Origin: a virus
IMG/VR virus record: IMGVR_UViG_3300032116_000082
Coordinates: 1-64,000 of that record
Strand: one strand, 5' to 3'
Length of the DNA stretch: 64,000 nt
Numbering within the stretch: position 1 is the first letter of the stretch; every line of letters starts with the position of its first letter. Both the position numbers and the translations under genes were made by a program. This document shows, piece after piece, positions 1 through 9,093 of the stretch. Under the pieces are notes generated by a model. It was given only the letters and a program-made list of their open reading frames with translations, made no database searches and was not told the DNA's origin.

Positions 1-47
1 CCCACGGTGCCTACCCTGTCCCGACCAGAACCACTTCCCGCTACCGT

Positions 48-560
48 ATGACGCCGACTAAGGATATCACAGAAGCTCGTCGCCGATTGATCGCCGCAGG
101 TATTCGCACGCTGGGCTTCAATTTTGATGGTTGTGGTGACGATGGCTCTCTTCAGGAAATCTGCTTTCCAGAGAACCCGGCGCTTGCTCTTGCCAAGTGC
201 GAAGAGCCCAATGAGTTCACTCCTGCCTATAGCTTTAGCTTTAACGATAGTGAGCAGACCACCAAAGTTAAGGCGTTCAAGACCGAGCTTGAGTTGCTTG
301 TCGATGTGTCAGTACTGCAGGACCTGGCCTATGCGGCGTTAGTGTACTTTCCCGGTGATTGGGTGAATAACGATGGCGGCTACGGTGTCGTGGCACTGGA
401 TCTGTTGAGCGGGGAGTTCAAAATCGACGGCTACGAGCGATACACTGAAGTAAATGCGGTTGACGCAGGTGGCACAGTAACGCTTCCGCTGGATGTGTTG
501 GATACAACCTTCCCTCTCGATGTCACGACGGTTCTGCGTTCGACCTTGGGCATTACGTGA
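48..560 (+). CDS. Conserved phage hypothetical protein, DUF6878-like
   Basis: F-D-G-x-G-D-D-G near the N-terminus and W-x-N-N-D-G-G-Y-G near the C-terminus, recalled as DUF6878 motifs. Confidence 0.55.
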   Translation: MTPTKDITEARRRLIAAGIRTLGFNFDGCGDDGSLQEICFPENPALALAKCEEPNEFTPAYSFSFNDSEQTTKVKAFKTELELLVDVSVLQDLAYAALVYFPGDWVNNDGGYGVVALDLLSGEFKIDGYERYTEVNAVDAGGTVTLPLDVLDTTFPLDVTTVLRSTLGIT

Positions 561-895
561 GCTGGGACGCCCTGGCGACGACATTGTACGCGCTGCAGCG
601 CACGCAGACACGTATTCGGGTGGCGCTGCAGTACGGCACAACGCACGAAGGCTACGTCAGAAGGGTCGAGTATGATCGCGATCGTCCCGAGCTGCATCCG
701 TACATGTCACTGAATAGTGTGCTGTTTGGATCGTTTCCAGCGGCGGCGTTTCGAGACATCGTGTCGATCGTCAGTGTCTCCGTACCAAACGACATTCTTA
801 ATCCGTCAAAAGGCATGACCACAGAGCAGGTCTATTATGAAGCACCGCAAGACATGCCATCCATTATTCGTGCCGTGTTAACTACACCGAGGTAG
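557..895 (+). CDS. Hypothetical protein
   Basis: GTGA overlap with the upstream gene; 112 aa in a tightly packed operon. Confidence 0.7.
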   Translation: MSWDALATTLYALQRTQTRIRVALQYGTTHEGYVRRVEYDRDRPELHPYMSLNSVLFGSFPAAAFRDIVSIVSVSVPNDILNPSKGMTTEQVYYEAPQDMPSIIRAVLTTPR

Positions 896-899
896 CGGG

Positions 900-1316
900 A
901 TGATGACCATGTTGCTGCTGGTCGTAATTGTGGTGTTGTCTCTCACCGCGTACATGCGGTGGCATCCGATCCGTGAAACGCCGCGATACAAGTTCAACTC
1001 GATCGTACCTCGGCTGCTTGATACCGGCGCGGTCACCATTCTCGGTTGGTGTTTTGTGCGTCGGCATATCATCACCGCTCACCACCGCGCGCACGAGGAG
1101 TACCACCACCAGTGCGCCTACTATCAAGGACGCTGGAAGCATTTAGGACGATACCTGTTGGACTTCTTTCGCGGTCTGCTGCGGTATCGCTTCCAAAAGG
1201 TTGAGGGCCCGACGCGTAGGTATTTGGCGGCCTACTGGCTGCACCCGGAAGAGGTTGCGGCACGAGCCGCTGCGGATGCCAACGCTCACCGGTACCAGGA
1301 CATCGGAATTCCTTGA
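900..1316 (+). CDS. Membrane-anchored zincin-like (HExxH) protein
   Basis: N-terminal hydrophobic helix, HEEYH motif, downstream HPEE candidate third ligand. Confidence 0.5.
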   Translation: MMTMLLLVVIVVLSLTAYMRWHPIRETPRYKFNSIVPRLLDTGAVTILGWCFVRRHIITAHHRAHEEYHHQCAYYQGRWKHLGRYLLDFFRGLLRYRFQKVEGPTRRYLAAYWLHPEEVAARAAADANAHRYQDIGIP

Positions 1317-1339
1317 CGACGAAATGGTTTGGCTCGCAT

Positions 1340-1348
1340 CGACCTATT
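1340..1348 (+). promoter_or_regulatory. CGACCTATT motif copy in the loop of a CGCAT/ATGCG hairpin
   Basis: Exact copy of the recurring intergenic motif, 39 nt upstream of the ATG at 1387. Confidence 0.55.
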
Positions 1349-1386
1349 CATATGCGCAGTGACAACCCTTCGCACCTGGAGCGAGT

Positions 1387-1536
1387 ATGTTTGGATTTGG
1401 TGTATTCCTGGCGTTCCTCGGGGTGATCTACGTGATTCGTGAGATCTTGTTGAGCGCGAACCACGCGCCGCCCTCCACCGGTGGAGGCGGCGGTGGTTCT
1501 GACTCGTCGCCCCCTGATCCACAGCACATGTCGTGA
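1387..1536 (+). CDS. Small membrane protein, 49 aa (below the ORF-track cutoff)
   Basis: MFGFGVFLAFLGVIYVIREILL...PQHMS*; GGAG upstream; fills the gap before a terminator. Confidence 0.65.
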   Translation: MFGFGVFLAFLGVIYVIREILLSANHAPPSTGGGGGGSDSSPPDPQHMS

Positions 1537-1548
1537 TGTAAGGATCAG

Positions 1549-1583
1549 AGCCCCTGCTTCAATACAGAGGCAGGGGCTTTCTT
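1549..1583 (+). terminator. Intrinsic terminator-like hairpin
   Basis: AGCCCCTGCTTC-aataca-GAGGCAGGGGCT followed by TTCTT. Confidence 0.7.
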
Positions 1584-1597
1584 CATCTTCCAGTCGT

Positions 1598-3517
1598 ATG
1601 AACTCGCAGATTCTTGAACCGTTGCCATTCGGCAAACACAAAGGACGGACGCTCAGTCAGTTGATGGCTGGTTCGGTGGGTGAACGGGGCTACGTCGAGT
1701 GGATGGCTCGGGAGTTCAGCAACGAGGTGTGGCGTCGGGCAGCAGAGGACGCCGTCGCCAATGCGGCGCAGGCGATCGTTCCGGAGCGGTTCCATTACAC
1801 CATCGGTGTGGTGACGGACACCCGTGCCAGTCTGGTGTGTGCGTACGACCAACGCATTGTCACGCTGCTCCGTGACCGGGTCGACGGTATCAACTGGAAC
1901 CGCAAGGAACAACGGTGGGAGTTTCCGACCGCGCAGCTCGCGGCAGTCAAAGCACTGCTGAGCAGCGTCGGCACGGTCGAGATGTCGGAGGCCGCCGAGC
2001 AAGCGATGACCTACCATATCGACCGACGCGCCCGACTGGACTCTATTCGGGTCACGCACGATACCGATATGGAGATTCCGACGGTGTTGCCGCTGTTTGG
2101 CTTTCAGCGCGTCGGCGTGGAGTTTGCCCTCGAAGCGGGTGGCCGAGCGCTGATCGCGGATGAGATGGGCCTCGGCAAGACGTCGCAGGCCATTGGAACG
2201 GCGCTCATGCTCCGTGCCAAGCACGGAGCCCGGCGAATCCTGACCGTATGCCCAGCCAGTCTCAAGATCAACTGGTACCGGGAGTGGATCCGATTCGGCG
2301 GATTGGAACCGACGATCTGGCATGGCCAGAAGCGTATTGGAGACCTGGAGGCAGATGTCCACATCATCAATTACGACATCTTCGCCAAGTTCAGGACAGA
2401 GCTCGAGCAGCTCAACTTCGATCTGATCCTAATCGATGAGGCGCACTATCTCAAAAACAAGGACGCCTTACGGAGTATCGCCGTCTTTGGTGGATACAAC
2501 AAACGGGAGCGAGTGCGGGTCAAGCCGTTCGCGACGCGATTTGCGGTACTGTTGACCGGCACGCCGGTGCTCAATCGACCGGGCGAACTGTTTCCGTTGC
2601 TGCATTACTTGGCGCCAGAGCGGTTCGCCGACTGGTTTACGTACGCCAATCGGTATGGCGCCTGGGCTCCGATGAACATGGAGGGGCGACCGTCCAAGCC
2701 CCAAAACCTGGACGAGCTCCACGAACGGACCAAGGACATCGTCATTCGGCGAAAAAAGGTCGACGTGCTGAAGGACCTGCCGCCCAAGCTGGTCAGTGAT
2801 GTGTTTGTCGAATTGTCCACCGAGCAGCGCAAGACGTACCGGAAGACGTTGATCACGGTGGCCGAGGAGTGGAAGGCCGCCGCCAAGGACAAGCAAAAGC
2901 CGACGCTCAACGAACTGCAGATTTTGACCACGTTCCTCAACGAAGTGAAGCTCGATAAAGTACGGGAGCTGGTCGGTGAGCTTCAAAACGAAGACGACGT
3001 ACGGTCGGTGCTCGTGTTTTGTACACGCCTCGGTCCGCTGAAGCAGTTGCGTGAGCAGTATAAGCAGCAGGCCATCTACATCGATGGCAGCATGACCCCA
3101 GAGCAGCGCCAGGCGGAAGTTGACCGCTTTCAGCGCGGTGACGCAACCATCGCCCTGCTCTCTTTGCGAGCAGCAGGCGTGGGTCTGACGCTGACCAAAG
3201 CCGACACCGTGATCTTCATTGACCAGGACTTTGTCCCGGCCAACCACCAGCAGGCGGAAGACCGCGCACACCGCATCGGACAAGTCAATCCGGTGCAGAT
3301 CTACTACCTGTTGGCTGAAGATACTATCGATGAAGACCTACGAGCCTTGCTTGCCGAGAAAGTCGCCATCACCAGCCAGATCGCGGACGGGGAGGTCCGC
3401 CAGCTCGAGCGCCAACGGTCGGTGTTTACGGATTTCGTGCGGCGACTCAAGGCGCGGTACAAGCAGTTCGCCTCTCTCGCCGATCCTGACGACGTCCAGT
3501 ACACGGAGGCTGCATGA
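1598..3517 (+). CDS. SNF2-family (SMARCAL1/HARP-like) helicase with an N-terminal PFGKHKG domain
   Basis: ADEMGLGKT, DEAH, LTGTP, AAGVGLTL, QAEDRAHRIGQ; start placed at ATG 1598, after the hairpin. Confidence 0.9.
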   Translation: MNSQILEPLPFGKHKGRTLSQLMAGSVGERGYVEWMAREFSNEVWRRAAEDAVANAAQAIVPERFHYTIGVVTDTRASLVCAYDQRIVTLLRDRVDGINWNRKEQRWEFPTAQLAAVKALLSSVGTVEMSEAAEQAMTYHIDRRARLDSIRVTHDTDMEIPTVLPLFGFQRVGVEFALEAGGRALIADEMGLGKTSQAIGTALMLRAKHGARRILTVCPASLKINWYREWIRFGGLEPTIWHGQKRIGDLEADVHIINYDIFAKFRTELEQLNFDLILIDEAHYLKNKDALRSIAVFGGYNKRERVRVKPFATRFAVLLTGTPVLNRPGELFPLLHYLAPERFADWFTYANRYGAWAPMNMEGRPSKPQNLDELHERTKDIVIRRKKVDVLKDLPPKLVSDVFVELSTEQRKTYRKTLITVAEEWKAAAKDKQKPTLNELQILTTFLNEVKLDKVRELVGELQNEDDVRSVLVFCTRLGPLKQLREQYKQQAIYIDGSMTPEQRQAEVDRFQRGDATIALLSLRAAGVGLTLTKADTVIFIDQDFVPANHQQAEDRAHRIGQVNPVQIYYLLAEDTIDEDLRALLAEKVAITSQIADGEVRQLERQRSVFTDFVRRLKARYKQFASLADPDDVQYTEAA

Positions 3518-4026
3518 AGGAATTTCTGGTGATTGCTGCGGTTGCCCTGACGACAACGTTCCTTCCGACGCAAGCGCGGACGGAGCCAATCGCCGAGTAT
3601 TTGATGCGACGCGGCGCCACGGAGCGGCGCGCGCACCAAGTCGCCAAACATATCCACGCCGAGGCCGCGCGGCATCGGATTGATCCCGCCCTGGTGGCGG
3701 CGATCGTCACCGTAGAAAACCCCCTGCTTCGACCCACGGCCCGTTCCCGCGCCGGAGCGCTGGGACTGATGCAGGTCATTCCAAAGTACACTAAGCCGTA
3801 TCAGCGGCGGTGTGGTCGTGCGCTGACAGACGATCGCACGAATCTGTGCATCGGGATCCAGATCTATCAGAAGAACCTGGAAGTCCGAAAGACCGTGGTC
3901 GGTGCCCTACTTGGCTACAACGGGTGCCGGTCACGCACGGCCAAATGTGGCCGATACGCCACGATTGTACTGCGCCACCGCGCAGCGGTGGCCCAACTCA
4001 TCACCGATACCGCAGGGACAGGATGA
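3514..4026 (+). CDS. Lytic transglycosylase (SLT domain) with signal peptide
   Basis: IDPALVAAIVTVEN (catalytic Glu), GALGLMQV, ALLGYNG; N-terminal signal sequence; four Cys. Confidence 0.85.
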   Translation: MKEFLVIAAVALTTTFLPTQARTEPIAEYLMRRGATERRAHQVAKHIHAEAARHRIDPALVAAIVTVENPLLRPTARSRAGALGLMQVIPKYTKPYQRRCGRALTDDRTNLCIGIQIYQKNLEVRKTVVGALLGYNGCRSRTAKCGRYATIVLRHRAAVAQLITDTAGTG

Positions 4027-4340
4027 CACCCGAACCCCTCACGTTTAGCAGCGTGCCCGAACGACCACAGCGCCTTCCAGCGCAGCTCGGGGACGAGCGC
4101 GATTACGGGTACGCGGTACAACTAGAATTCTTGTTATCGCTGGCGTCAGACGACCCAGCCGATCCGATGTTCGAGTCGGAGCAGATGCGGAAGAAAGCGC
4201 TGGCTGAGCATCTGATCTACTTCCTCGAATCGATAAGCCAAATCCAGTTGACCAGACCGCAGGTTACGGCGCTGGCCCGTGCCTTGGTGGATTGGGATAT
4301 GATGACGTTCTCCCTGGTGGAGGATGGTCGTCCGCTGTAA
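4023..4340 (+). CDS. Hypothetical protein
   Basis: ATGA overlap with the SLT stop; 105 aa. Confidence 0.7.
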   Translation: MTPEPLTFSSVPERPQRLPAQLGDERDYGYAVQLEFLLSLASDDPADPMFESEQMRKKALAEHLIYFLESISQIQLTRPQVTALARALVDWDMMTFSLVEDGRPL

Positions 4341-4346
4341 GCGATC

Positions 4347-4394
4347 GCCCTAGCGCGCACGGGACACGGGTGTCCGTGCGCGCTAGGGCTTCTC
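4347..4394 (+). terminator. Strong hairpin (16-bp stem), terminator or processing site
   Basis: GCCCTAGCGCGCACGG...CCGTGCGCGCTAGGGC followed by TTCTC. Confidence 0.65.
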
Positions 4395-4410
4395 ACTTCC
4401 TTATCTGACT

Positions 4411-4719
4411 ATGCCTGAGACGATTTCCCTCGAACCCAACTACAACGCGATTCACTCGCTGTTCCTCCGCGAGGCGGAGATGTCCGCGACCAAGCTGACA
4501 CGTGCGGCGCAGGCGACCGATCCGTATACCGCCTACAACACCATGCGGGTGATTCACAACGTGCTCATCTCCCTCAACCTAGCCGTCGGCTGTGCGACGA
4601 CGGTGGAGCAAATCGAAGCGATTCGGACCGCCATGGAGAAGATCACCAAGGCGACCAGCTTGGAACTGCAGCTGCGAGAGAAGCGGCTGCCTGATGGCGG
4701 GAACGACGATGATGAGTGA
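4411..4719 (+). CDS. Hypothetical protein
   Basis: 102-aa ORF in the packed operon. Confidence 0.7.
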   Translation: MPETISLEPNYNAIHSLFLREAEMSATKLTRAAQATDPYTAYNTMRVIHNVLISLNLAVGCATTVEQIEAIRTAMEKITKATSLELQLREKRLPDGGNDDDE

Positions 4720-4810
4720 GGACACGCCGTGGTGGAAGTGGCTGTTTGTGCTGGTGACCCTAATCGGCGCTATCACAGCCATCCTTCGACCTTTGTTCTT
4801 CCCCGGCTAA
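4712..4810 (+). CDS. Small membrane protein, 32 aa
   Basis: MSEDTPWWKWLFVLVTLIGAITAILRPLFFPG; TAATG coupling to the next gene. Confidence 0.6.
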   Translation: MSEDTPWWKWLFVLVTLIGAITAILRPLFFPG

Positions 4811-5217
4811 TGGAGCTTCTTGCCCTCCTGGTCGGCACGGCCGCCTCGATCGTGAGCATCGTGCAGGGTTGCACGGCATTGCGCGCCGACCAGAAACGTC
4901 AGCTTGTGCAGTTGTTCGAACAAATCAGCGACACCATCGAATCGGCCGCTGACACGCTGTCGAAGGGAGAGGTGCCGCATGGCAGCTGTGCGACGATGGG
5001 CGCGCTTGCCGGGGCGCTACCAGCAGTCCTTGCGGATCTGGTACCGCCGCACGAGGTGCAGCAGCATACGGAGATTCTGCTCCGTGCCCATGACCTAGAG
5101 CAGCTGGTCATCGTGACGCGGGACAACCCGCAGGCGGTCGTTCTGCTCCAGCAGGCGGCGGGGCACTTCCGTGCGGCGTCCACAATTGCGGGCCTAAAAC
5201 GGATATACACAGCATGA
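4810..5217 (+). CDS. Hypothetical protein with N-terminal hydrophobic helix
   Basis: TAATG overlap; MELLALLVGTAASIVSIV. Confidence 0.7.
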   Translation: MELLALLVGTAASIVSIVQGCTALRADQKRQLVQLFEQISDTIESAADTLSKGEVPHGSCATMGALAGALPAVLADLVPPHEVQQHTEILLRAHDLEQLVIVTRDNPQAVVLLQQAAGHFRAASTIAGLKRIYTA

Positions 5218-5438
5218 GCGTTCCAGCATCTATTCCTCGAAGTGGTGCAATCCTGACGGTCTGGACAGAGGCGGACGGCGCTTTTAACCGCGACTACTAC
5301 TTGGCTGATCGATACTACAATCTGAATGAGTTTGCCGAGGCATATGTCGCCGCTGAGAAACGGCTGCAGAAGCTGCAGACAGACAAGAGCGTGCTCATCG
5401 CGTCGATCGCGGTCGTGACTGATTCCACTGACTACTAA
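5214..5438 (+). CDS. Hypothetical protein
   Basis: ATGA overlap; 74 aa. Confidence 0.6.
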   Translation: MSVPASIPRSGAILTVWTEADGAFNRDYYLADRYYNLNEFAEAYVAAEKRLQKLQTDKSVLIASIAVVTDSTDY

Positions 5439-5445
5439 CCAACCA

Positions 5446-5751
5446 ATGCGCGTACAACACAAGAACTGCGGGTCCGCGGACATTCTTATCTGTACTCTCG
5501 TGCCGCGAATGATGGCCGTGGTGAGCTGGTATCTCAATCCGAACGGATCGGTCGAGCCAGACGAATACGGCCAAGATGACGCCATGTGGGACATGGAAAT
5601 AGCAGATCCCGACGGTGATTACTGGTGCAACCACTGCAATTCGCAATTCAACGCCGACCAACTGGAAATCATCCACGAGCCTGAGAAGCCTGACCCGACG
5701 TCGTGGGAGCAGCGCATCAAGCAGGCACTGATTAACGATATCAAACTATGA
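5446..5751 (+). CDS. Zinc-ribbon-like hypothetical protein
   Basis: HKNCG and CNHC motifs. Confidence 0.6.
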   Translation: MRVQHKNCGSADILICTLVPRMMAVVSWYLNPNGSVEPDEYGQDDAMWDMEIADPDGDYWCNHCNSQFNADQLEIIHEPEKPDPTSWEQRIKQALINDIKL

Positions 5752-6170
5752 AAGACAGAGAATACACGATCGCCATGCTGTCAGCGTCGCTCGCCAGTGA
5801 CATCACCGCAGACGAGCAGCAACGACGGAATGCGTTTCCCGGTCACTTCGAGGAGCATTACGGCTGGTTGGAGATGTTTTCGTCCTGCGTCTCCCTCGCG
5901 GAAGCCATGGTTGACGTGATTCTCGAGACACACGGAACCATGGACGCCTTCTGGGACGAGTGGAACAGTCCCGATGGTCGATACCGTCGCCCCGGCGTAT
6001 TCGAATATGATGCGGGGGCAATGCTGCTTGCCGAGGTCGCCAGGCAGGGCGGAGACGTCGTGCTGTTCAAAGATGTCGCGCGCAGCGCCCTTCGGCGGAT
6101 GCATGACGGGTATTCGCCCGTGGCCTCCGATTCCCTCAAATCACAGATCACTCACATCCTGACGGTATAA
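5748..6170 (+). CDS. Hypothetical protein
   Basis: ATGA overlap; 140 aa. Confidence 0.7.
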   Translation: MKDREYTIAMLSASLASDITADEQQRRNAFPGHFEEHYGWLEMFSSCVSLAEAMVDVILETHGTMDAFWDEWNSPDGRYRRPGVFEYDAGAMLLAEVARQGGDVVLFKDVARSALRRMHDGYSPVASDSLKSQITHILTV

Positions 6171-6174
6171 TCCG

Positions 6175-6696
6175 ATGAGTTTCGATACGAACAACGTGTC
6201 CGCCGCGGTGTCGGCGGTGCTGCTTGAGCCGAAGAACGACGGCGTGGCCAGCTTGGAGGCGCAGGCGGCAGAAATCAAGACGCTGACGACGCAGGTCGAG
6301 ACCCTGCGGCGCGAGGTCAATTATTACAAGGAGCAGGCCAGCACCGAGCGGTCCTGGCCCAAGCGGCTCCAGGCCGCGCTCAACAAGCTGTACGGGGACA
6401 TTCGCAACGAGTCCGCGCCAGACACCTTGGATCAGGACGCGGCCTGGGAGCGCATCGTCGAGCTGGTCACCGACGACATGGAGACCAACGAGGACTTGTG
6501 GTCACCAGAGCAGACGTTCTCTGTGACCGTTCGGATGAGTGTCAAGATCAAGGGCGATGTCACGGCAGTCAGCCGCGAGGCGGCTCAGAAGCAGCTTGAA
6601 GAATCGCTTGGGATTGATCTCGATATCTCCAGCTATTCTGGGATCGAAGACGCGGACATGTGGGACCTGGAAGTCGACTCGATCGAGGTTGACTGA
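6175..6696 (+). CDS. Hypothetical coiled-coil protein with acidic C-terminus
   Basis: 173 aa, heptad-like N-half; followed by a terminator. Confidence 0.7.
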   Translation: MSFDTNNVSAAVSAVLLEPKNDGVASLEAQAAEIKTLTTQVETLRREVNYYKEQASTERSWPKRLQAALNKLYGDIRNESAPDTLDQDAAWERIVELVTDDMETNEDLWSPEQTFSVTVRMSVKIKGDVTAVSREAAQKQLEESLGIDLDISSYSGIEDADMWDLEVDSIEVD

Positions 6697-6701
6697 CGGG
6701 T

Positions 6702-6745
6702 AGGAATTCCGCCGCATCACGGGGTGAGCGGCGGAATTCCTTTCT
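6702..6745 (+). terminator. Intrinsic terminator-like hairpin
   Basis: AGGAATTCCGCCGC...GCGGCGGAATTCCT followed by TTCT. Confidence 0.7.
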
Positions 6746-6765
6746 ACACTTTAGCTCCTACGGAC

Positions 6766-6972
6766 ATGCCTCAATACGCCATCGTCTGGCACACCGACCA
6801 CTACACCGACCCGAGCGTGTTTATTACGACGACCGATTCGGTAGCGAAGGCCGAGAAGAAGCTGAAGGCCAGTTATAAAAAGGAACTCGGTATTCGAGGA
6901 CGCGACGAGCTGTACATCGACGCGGTGATCGAAGGAAAGGAAATGGTGACCTGCTTCGCCAGCGGGGGATAA
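6766..6972 (+). CDS. Hypothetical protein
   Basis: ATG after the hairpin; 68 aa. Confidence 0.65.
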   Translation: MPQYAIVWHTDHYTDPSVFITTTDSVAKAEKKLKASYKKELGIRGRDELYIDAVIEGKEMVTCFASGG

Positions 6973-6973
6973 T

Positions 6974-7693
6974 ATGCTCGGTACACTGTATCCCAAGTCG
7001 GTTATCGTTGCACCCGAAAGCCCGCTCTCCAGCGGGCTTCGTGTTATCAAGGAGGCCAGCAGCAACAAGAAGCTCGGCAAGCTTGGCAAGCGGATCCAGA
7101 AGGGGCGCTTCAAGGACATGCCGATGTATGCGGTGACCTTGGAGGAGCGGGCGACCTGCTCCCCCACCTGCCCGAACCTGGACATCTGCTACGGCGACAA
7201 TATGCCGTTTGCCACCCGCCATACACCGGGTCCGGAGTTGGAGGATGCCCTGCGGGCCGATGTCCAGCACTTGTCTAAAAAACACCCGAAGGGCTTCGTG
7301 GTTCGGCTCCACGTCCTGGGTGATTTCTATTCCGTGGAATACGTCCAGTTCTGGTTCCGGCTGCTGTTGACGTACGAGCCGCTGCGACTGTTTGGCTACA
7401 CCCACTGGCAGTACGACCACCCGATCGGTAAGGCCGTGACCAAACTGGTCAAGCACTTTGGCGACCGCGTCGCGTTCCGACGCTCAGACAAGACCATCGC
7501 GGACGACCCGCTCCCGAGCGCCATGACGATCGGTCAGAACGAGCCGCCCGTCCCTGGCACGGTGATTTGCCCAGAGCAGACCGGTCGAACAGCGGCCTGT
7601 ACCACCTGCGGGTTGTGTTTGGATACGATGGTGTCCGTCAGCTTTATCGACCACTCCCGAAGGGGCTTGCGGACACTACCGTTAGCTGCCTAA
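6974..7693 (+). CDS. gp88-like (radical-SAM-related) Fe-S protein
   Basis: SNKKLGK, TCSPTCPNLDICYG, VRLHVLGDF, C-terminal CPEQ...CTTCGLC. Confidence 0.7.
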   Translation: MLGTLYPKSVIVAPESPLSSGLRVIKEASSNKKLGKLGKRIQKGRFKDMPMYAVTLEERATCSPTCPNLDICYGDNMPFATRHTPGPELEDALRADVQHLSKKHPKGFVVRLHVLGDFYSVEYVQFWFRLLLTYEPLRLFGYTHWQYDHPIGKAVTKLVKHFGDRVAFRRSDKTIADDPLPSAMTIGQNEPPVPGTVICPEQTGRTAACTTCGLCLDTMVSVSFIDHSRRGLRTLPLAA

Positions 7694-7724
7694 CTTTCAC
7701 CATCTGTCCATTTCACGGAGCTAT

Positions 7725-8105
7725 ATGCCCAAAGATCAGCCTGATCGTCGTCACATCCGTTTGGTTTCCAACGAAGAGCTCCGCGAGCTGATTCAGTCGC
7801 GAACGAGCAACGGGTTTGTCAACATGCTCCATCCCCTAGAGCTGGACATCCCGCGCGAGGTGTTGGACCAGTGGACCAGAACGTCGCTTCAGGCGCTACG
7901 GGATGAGTTGCCACGCGCTGCGGACTCCGCCCGTGCGGAGATCGAGCGCGGCATTCAGCAGCGCGTGGACTTCCTGGCGTGGCTGCAAACCCAGGAGCAG
8001 GACCAGGTGTTCATGGCAATCTACCCGGCCGACCTGGACGGGCTGGACGACCTGGACGACCTGGACGAAGTCATCGAGAATCTACCACCCGATCTGCCGT
8101 TCTAA
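7725..8105 (+). CDS. Hypothetical protein with acidic tail ending in DLPF
   Basis: GGAG SD; C-terminus DLDGLDDLDDLDEVIENLPPDLPF. Confidence 0.7.
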   Translation: MPKDQPDRRHIRLVSNEELRELIQSRTSNGFVNMLHPLELDIPREVLDQWTRTSLQALRDELPRAADSARAEIERGIQQRVDFLAWLQTQEQDQVFMAIYPADLDGLDDLDDLDEVIENLPPDLPF

Positions 8106-8121
8106 ACCGCCGGAGACAGCG

Positions 8122-9093
8122 ATGGTGTGCCAAGAGGCACTTTCTGCCTGGGAGCGGCTGCTCCTGGAGCGTGGGAGCACCAGTACTCGCACGCGGGAGA
8201 ACTATCGTCAGCAACTTAAACGGATCAGCACCCAGGTCGACCTCACGGCCCCACCAGAACAGGTCGCTCACGCCCTGCACACCTATCGTCAGCAGCTGCA
8301 GCAGCGATTTGAGTCTGGCAAGATCAGCCGGAGCTACATTCGCCTCCAAGTGGCGGCCTTGCGGTCCTTCTATGGCACCTTGGTCTCCGCCAAGCTCTAC
8401 CCGTCCGATCCGACGACCGGGCTTCGCTCGATCGCAAGTGACGAAGGGGCGCCGCGGAACCTGGCGTCCCAAGATGTGGATCGTCTGTTTGCCGCCTTGG
8501 ACATCACGGCACCGAACGGGCTGCGGGACCTGTGCATGGTGTGGCTCTACTACCATTCCCTGCGCAACAGCGAGGTTGCCAATCTCAGCACTGACGAGGT
8601 GACCTATTCAGCACGGGAAGAGGCGGTCGTGCTGACCTTTAAGGCCAAAGGTGGCAAGGTCCGCACGGTCGTGCTGGTCCCGGAGGCAGGACGCCTGCTG
8701 GCGCAGCACCTGTTACAGCAGTACGCCCCGGCCGACTGGTCGTACGCCGACCCGGATCAGCTGTTTCCGTCGTTCGATTTGCTGCTGAGTCGCGTGCTCA
8801 AGGGCAAGGTGTTGCCCGTGTTTCTTCACAACGGTCGGCAGATGACCCGACGCGTGTCGAACCAGCTGTTTGCCAAGTATCGGGAGAAGGCCGGACTTGG
8901 TCATGTGGTGCCGCACATGCTGCGACATACCTGCGCGACGAACCTGCTCAACGCCGACGTCGACCTGCGCACCGTGCAAGAGATCTTGGGTCACGCCTCT
9001 ATTCGGCAGACCGAGCGGTACACCGCGGTCTTGACGAGCCGCAAACAGCAAGCGATGAATCGACTCCCTCGTCCGGCGGTGGTTCATGGTTGA
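8122..9093 (+). CDS. XerC/D-like tyrosine recombinase
   Basis: Core-binding ALRSFY; catalytic R (LRNSE), K (AKGGK), HxxR (PHMLRH), H (LGHAS), Y (TERY); GGAG SD. Confidence 0.93.
   Translation: MVCQEALSAWERLLLERGSTSTRTRENYRQQLKRISTQVDLTAPPEQVAHALHTYRQQLQQRFESGKISRSYIRLQVAALRSFYGTLVSAKLYPSDPTTGLRSIASDEGAPRNLASQDVDRLFAALDITAPNGLRDLCMVWLYYHSLRNSEVANLSTDEVTYSAREEAVVLTFKAKGGKVRTVVLVPEAGRLLAQHLLQQYAPADWSYADPDQLFPSFDLLLSRVLKGKVLPVFLHNGRQMTRRVSNQLFAKYREKAGLGHVVPHMLRHTCATNLLNADVDLRTVQEILGHASIRQTERYTAVLTSRKQQAMNRLPRPAVVHG

Noticed and set aside
1481-1597. Upstream GTG start for the helicase
   Set aside because: It overlaps a small membrane gene and a terminator; ATG 1598 begins the PFGKHKG domain.
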